From Amphiscolops sp. MND2022 (Eukaryota): DNA of 63,866 nt. A program made the translations under genes and the position numbers. The DNA is taken from contig OZ076409.1 in NCBI GenBank assembly GCA_964187785.1, positions 90,274,001 to 90,337,866 of the forward strand. The letters are read 5' to 3'. Position 1 is the stretch's first letter, and each line of letters begins with the position of its first letter. The notes under the pieces were generated by a model. It was not told where the DNA came from, did no database searches, and saw nothing but the letters and a program-made list of their open reading frames with translations. Positions 59,003-63,866 of this stretch are shown here, one piece after another.

Positions 59003-62000
59003 TTTTCAATGTTTGAACTGATTTCATCTTCAGGGAAAATGATGGGCTCATCATCTCCTCTCTATTGAGTTTGTTCATTCAGATGTTGGGCAAAATTGTC
59101 GCCTTCAACAGATTGAATGAAATCGTATCCTTCAGAATCTTCACGTGAGTGCTGGTGTGGTTGCCAGATGATTGTCGGATAGTTGAATGTGAGGTTGTCT
59201 GTTCCATCGTCTGAGCGATATTCATGTCTTCGCGAAATTTGTCTTTTTACAAGGTATGCTTAGACACTGATCAAATCGAACTTCACTGTCAAATCCACTT
59301 CATCAAGTTTAAGGGCTTTGTTTATATACACTAACATAGCTTCGTCTGTGTTTTTGTTCAAGTTCTTGTAAAACATTTCGTAGTTTCCATCTGAGTATCC
59401 TTTGGGTGGGAGTTGATTCTGAGAGGCGATCACATTATGATTTTTAGATTTGACTTTCGGAACCCCGAAAATCATCGGAGTCTCATTTTTCAGTCTCATG
59501 TTGAGTTAGTTCCCACGGCTAATTGGGAAGCAATTGAGTTTTGGATATTTGATTGTAGTTGGTAAGTTTGGAACTTCTTGATTTTTGGGTCCAATCCAAC
59601 GTGTCGACCCATTTTAAACATTTCTTCTGAATTTCGTTAGCTTCTTCTACCTTTATTTAATTTTGTCGCGTTCTGCTGGAAAGTCACAGCGGATGATCGT
59701 GTATTAGAATTGGGTTTCTGCTTGCGCTATTTCCGCATTTTTGGAATTGAGTTCTGTTTCACATTTGTACTGGAACGTGATTCTGAGATTCTGAGAGGCC
59801 TTGATTTTCTCGAGCTTATCGAAGCGGCGGATATCTGTTGTTTTAAGTTCTATGCCCGGGGCATCGAAGCATATTTCTTTAAAGCATTTCTTGTTTTCTT
59901 GTCGTGTTTCTTGCGTTTGTCTCCGTCATTTTTCTTTCGTGCTCTCGTCTGCCTGTAAATAATAGGTCCGTCTCTACATTACTTTTTGGAATCTCGGGTG
60001 CGTCTTCTATTACAATACGGAAATCAAAAAGCACGTTATTATGTTGTTTTTCATCGTCTTTCTTGGCTTGAGCTAGGTTGGATACATTGTTATCAATTTA
60101 TTTTTTGAAAGCTTCAATTGTTTCTTCAAAAAAAGGAATTGATAACTTGTTTTTTTTTCCTTTCGTTGTTAGTGCTCGCAGTTATGACACTGTTTTCCGG
60201 AGCAGACACATGAGACTGTTCTTCGGCATCATCTAATACAGCCTATCGACGACACTGTCCTTCAAAGAGACCAGTTGATGCTGGCTTTGTGATTCTCTGG
60301 AGGTCTTCTCGAAAGATATCTTTGTGACGCTGTATGCCTTTTTCCAGTCCTTTTCCAACTTTGCCTCACCTGAACGTGTTGTTGTTTAGCTTTGTGTTGG
60401 GTTATTGAAGACAAAAAACCTCTGTTGGTCTAGTAGTAGTTTGCCCAGCTGTAGGCAATACCCTCCGCCTGGTGTCCGCAAAATGTGGCGAATACCATTA
60501 CTTGGAATCGCGTTGACCAAGATAAGGACAGGAAAGTCCACTCGATGTACCCCAGAAAAACTGTACACAACCTTTATACATCAAAACCGCCCAAGATTTA
60601 GTTTCTAGAATGAATGACAAACGTTTGAAAGTTTTCTGAAACGTATGAAAGTCTGTTCGGCTCTAATTTTCAATGTTTGAACTGATTTCATCTTCAGAGT
60701 AAATGATGGGCTCATCATCTCCTCTCTATCGAGTTTGTTCATTCAGATGTTGGGCAAAATAATAGTCTTCAACAGATTCAGTGAAATCGTATCCTTCAGA
60801 AATTTCACCTGAGGGCTGGTGGGGTTGCCAGATGATTGTCGGATAGTTGAATGTGAAAATGTCTGTTCCATCGTCTGAGCGGTATTTATTATCTTTGCGA
60901 AATTTGTCTTTTCACAAGGTATACTTAGACACTGATCAAATCTTCGAACTTCGTTTTCAAATCCACTTCATCGAACTCAAGGGCTTTGTTCATATAGATT
61001 GACATAGCTCCGTCTGTGTTATTGTTCAAGTTCTTGTAAAAACATTTCGTAGTTTCCATCTGAGTATCCTTTCGGTGGAAGTTGATTCTGAGAGGCGATC
61101 ACATTATGATTTTTAGATTTGACTTTCGTAACCCCGAAAATCATCGGATTCTCATTTTTCAGTCTCATGTTGAGTTAGTTTCCACGGCTAATTTCTCAGC
61201 TGGTCTGCATTGAATAGAAGCAACTGAGTTTTGGTTATTTGATTGTAGTTGGTAGTTTTGGAACTTCTTGATTTTTGGGTCCAATCTAACGTGTCGACCC
61301 ATTTTAAACATTTCTTCTGAATTTCGTTAGCTTCTTCTACCTTTATTTAAGTTTGTCGCGTTCTTCTGGATAGTCACAGCGGATGATCGTGTGTTAAAAT
61401 TGGGTTTCTGCTTGCGCTAGTTCCGCATTTTTGGAATTGAGTTCTGGTTCACATTTGTACTGGAACGTGATTCTGAGAGGCCTTGATTTTCTCGAGCTTA
61501 TCAAGGCGGCGGATATCTGTCGTTTTAAGTTCTATGCCCGGGGCATCGAAGCATATATTTCCTTAAAGCATTTCTTGTCGTGTTTCTTGCGTGTGCCTCC
61601 GTCTTTTTTCTTTCGTGCTCTCGTCTGCCTGTAAATAATAGGTCCGTCTCTACATTACTTTTTGGAATCCCGGGTGCGTCTTCTGTTACAATATCGAAAT
61701 CAAAAAGCACGTTATTATGTTGTTTTTCATCACCTTTGTTGGCTTGAGCTAGGTTGGATACATTGTTATCAATTTATTCTTTGAAAGCTCCAATTGATTC
61801 TTCAACAAAAGAAAATAAGGACTTGTTTTTTCCTTTCGTTGTTAATGCTCGCAGTTATGACCCTGTTTTCCGGAGCAGACACATGAGACTGTTCGTCGGT
61901 ATCATCTAATACAGCCTATCGACGAACTGTCCTCCAAATCTAAAGAGGCCAGTTGATGCTGGTTTTGTGATTCTCTGGAGGTCTTCTCGAAAGATATTTT

Positions 62001-63866
62001 GGTGACGCTTGATGCCTTTTCCCAGTCATTTACCAACTTTGCCTCGTCCAAACATGTTGTTGTTTAGCTTTGTGTTGTGTTATTGAAGACAAAAAACCTC
62101 TGTCGGTCTAGTAGTAGTCTGCCCAGCTGTAGGCAATACCCTCCGCCTGTTGTCCGCAAAATGTGGCGAATACCATTACTTGGAAACGCGTTGACCAAGA
62201 TAAGGACAGGAAAGTCCACTCGATGTAACCCAGAAAAATTGTACACAACCTGTCTACATCAAATCCGCCCAAGATTTAATTTCTAAAATGAATGACAAAC
62301 GTTGAAAATTTTCTGAAAGTTTTCTGAAACGTTTGAAAGTCTGTCCGGCTTAAATTTTCAATGTTTGAACTGATTTCATCTTCATAGTAAATGATGGGCT
62401 CATTCTCTCCTCTCTATCGAGTTTGTTCATTCAGATGTTGGGCAAAATAATAGTCTTCAACAGATTCAGTGAAATCGTATCCTTCAGAAATTTCACCTGA
62501 GGGCTGGTGGGGTTGCTAGATGATTGTCGGATAGTTGAATGTGAAAATGTCTGTTCCATCGTCTGAGCGGTATTTATTATCTTTGCGAAATTTGTCTTTT
62601 TACAAGGTATACTTAGACACTGATCAAATCTTCGAACTTCGTTTTCAAATCCACTTCATCGAACTCAAGGGCTTTGTTCATATACAGTAACATAGCTCCG
62701 TCTGTGTTATTTTTCAAGTTCTTGTAAATTATTGCCTAGTTTCCATCTGAGTGTCCTTTCGGTGGAAGTTGAATATAAGAGGCGATCACATTATGATTTT
62801 TAGATTTGACTTTCGGAACCCCGAAAATCATCGGATTCTCATTTTTGAGTGTCATGTTGAGTTAGTTCCCACGGCTAATTTCTCAGCTGGTCTGCATTGA
62901 ATAGAAGCAATTGAGTTTTGGTTATTTGATTGTAGTTGGTAGTTTTGGAACTTCTTGATTTTTGGGTCCAATCCAACGTTTCGACCCATTTCAAACATTT
63001 CTTCTGAATTTCTTCTGGATAGTCAGAGCGGATGATCGTGTATAAGTATTGGGTTTCTGCTTGCGCTAGTTCCGCATTTTTGGAATTGAGTTCTGTTTCA
63101 CATTTGTACTGGAAGGTGATTCTGAGAGGCCTTGATTTTCTCGAGCATATCAAGGCGGCGGATATCTGTCGTTTTAAGTTCTATGTCCGGGGCATCGAAG
63201 CAAATTTCCTTAAAGCATTTCTTATCGTGTTTCTTGTGTTTGTCTCCGTCATTTTTCTTTTGCGCTCTGGTCTGCCTGTAAATAATAGGGCTCATTTCTC
63301 GCTGGTCCGTCTCTACTTCTCTTTTTTGAATATCGGGTGCGTCTTCTATTACAATACGGAAATCAAAAAGCACGTTATTATGTTGTTTTTCATTGTCTTT
63401 CTTGGCTTGAGCTAGGTTGGATACATTGTTATCATATTATTTTTTGAAAACTTCAATTATTTCTTCACTAAAAGAAATTGATAACTTGTTTTTTTTCCTT
63501 TCGTTGTTAATGCTCGCAGTTATGACACTGTTTTCCGGAGCAGACACATGAGACTGTTCTTCGGCATCATCTAATACAGCCTATAGACGACACTGTCCTC
63601 GAATACGACCAGTTGACGCTGGCTTTGTGATTCTCTGGAGGTCTTCTCGAAAGATATTTTGGTGACGCTTGATGCCTTTTCCCAGTCCTTTTCCAACTTT
63701 GCCTCGTCCAAACATGTTGTTGTTTAGCTTTGTGTTGGGCTATTGAAGACAAAAAACCCCTGTCGATCTAGTAGTAGTCTGCCCAGCTCTAGGCAATACC
63801 CTCCGCCTGTTGTCCGCAAAATGTGGCGAATACCATTACTTGGAATTGCGTTGACCAAGATAAGGA
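59003..63866. repeat. Tandem array of ~1.67-kb units (starts ~59003, ~60665, ~62353), running off the window end; decayed minus-strand coding sequence
   Basis: AATTTTCAATGTTTGAACTG recurs; homologous ORF fragments in each unit. Confidence 0.9.

Overview
AT-rich animal (probably invertebrate) genomic DNA dominated by mobile elements. (1) An 18,758-bp Ty3/gypsy LTR element on the minus strand (3867-22624) has 1,922-bp near-identical LTRs, a CTTC target-site duplication and a PBS. It lies in sense orientation inside a ~19.8-kb intron of a host LamG/EGF (Crumbs-like) gene and is organised like a complex virus: two paralogous transmembrane micro-ORFs, gag, a UUUAAAC -1 frameshift into a pol carrying a TARG1/OARD1-type macrodomain, an apparently spliced antisense gene, four tightly packed small ORFs, five copies of a covarying structured-RNA motif, a chuvirus-glycoprotein-like env, and a RING-less TRAF (coiled coil + MATH) gene. 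(2) A 13.2-kb decayed Polinton/Maverick (adintovirus-like) element (27446-40612) carries pPolB, major and minor capsid, integrase, ATPase and protease genes, and is flanked by a 70-bp direct duplication rather than the canonical 6-bp TSD. (3) The rest is Helentron-like non-autonomous elements, MITEs, foldback minisatellites, gypsy/LINE/Penelope relics and tandem segmental duplications. All family assignments come from motif recognition by eye; no database searches were run.
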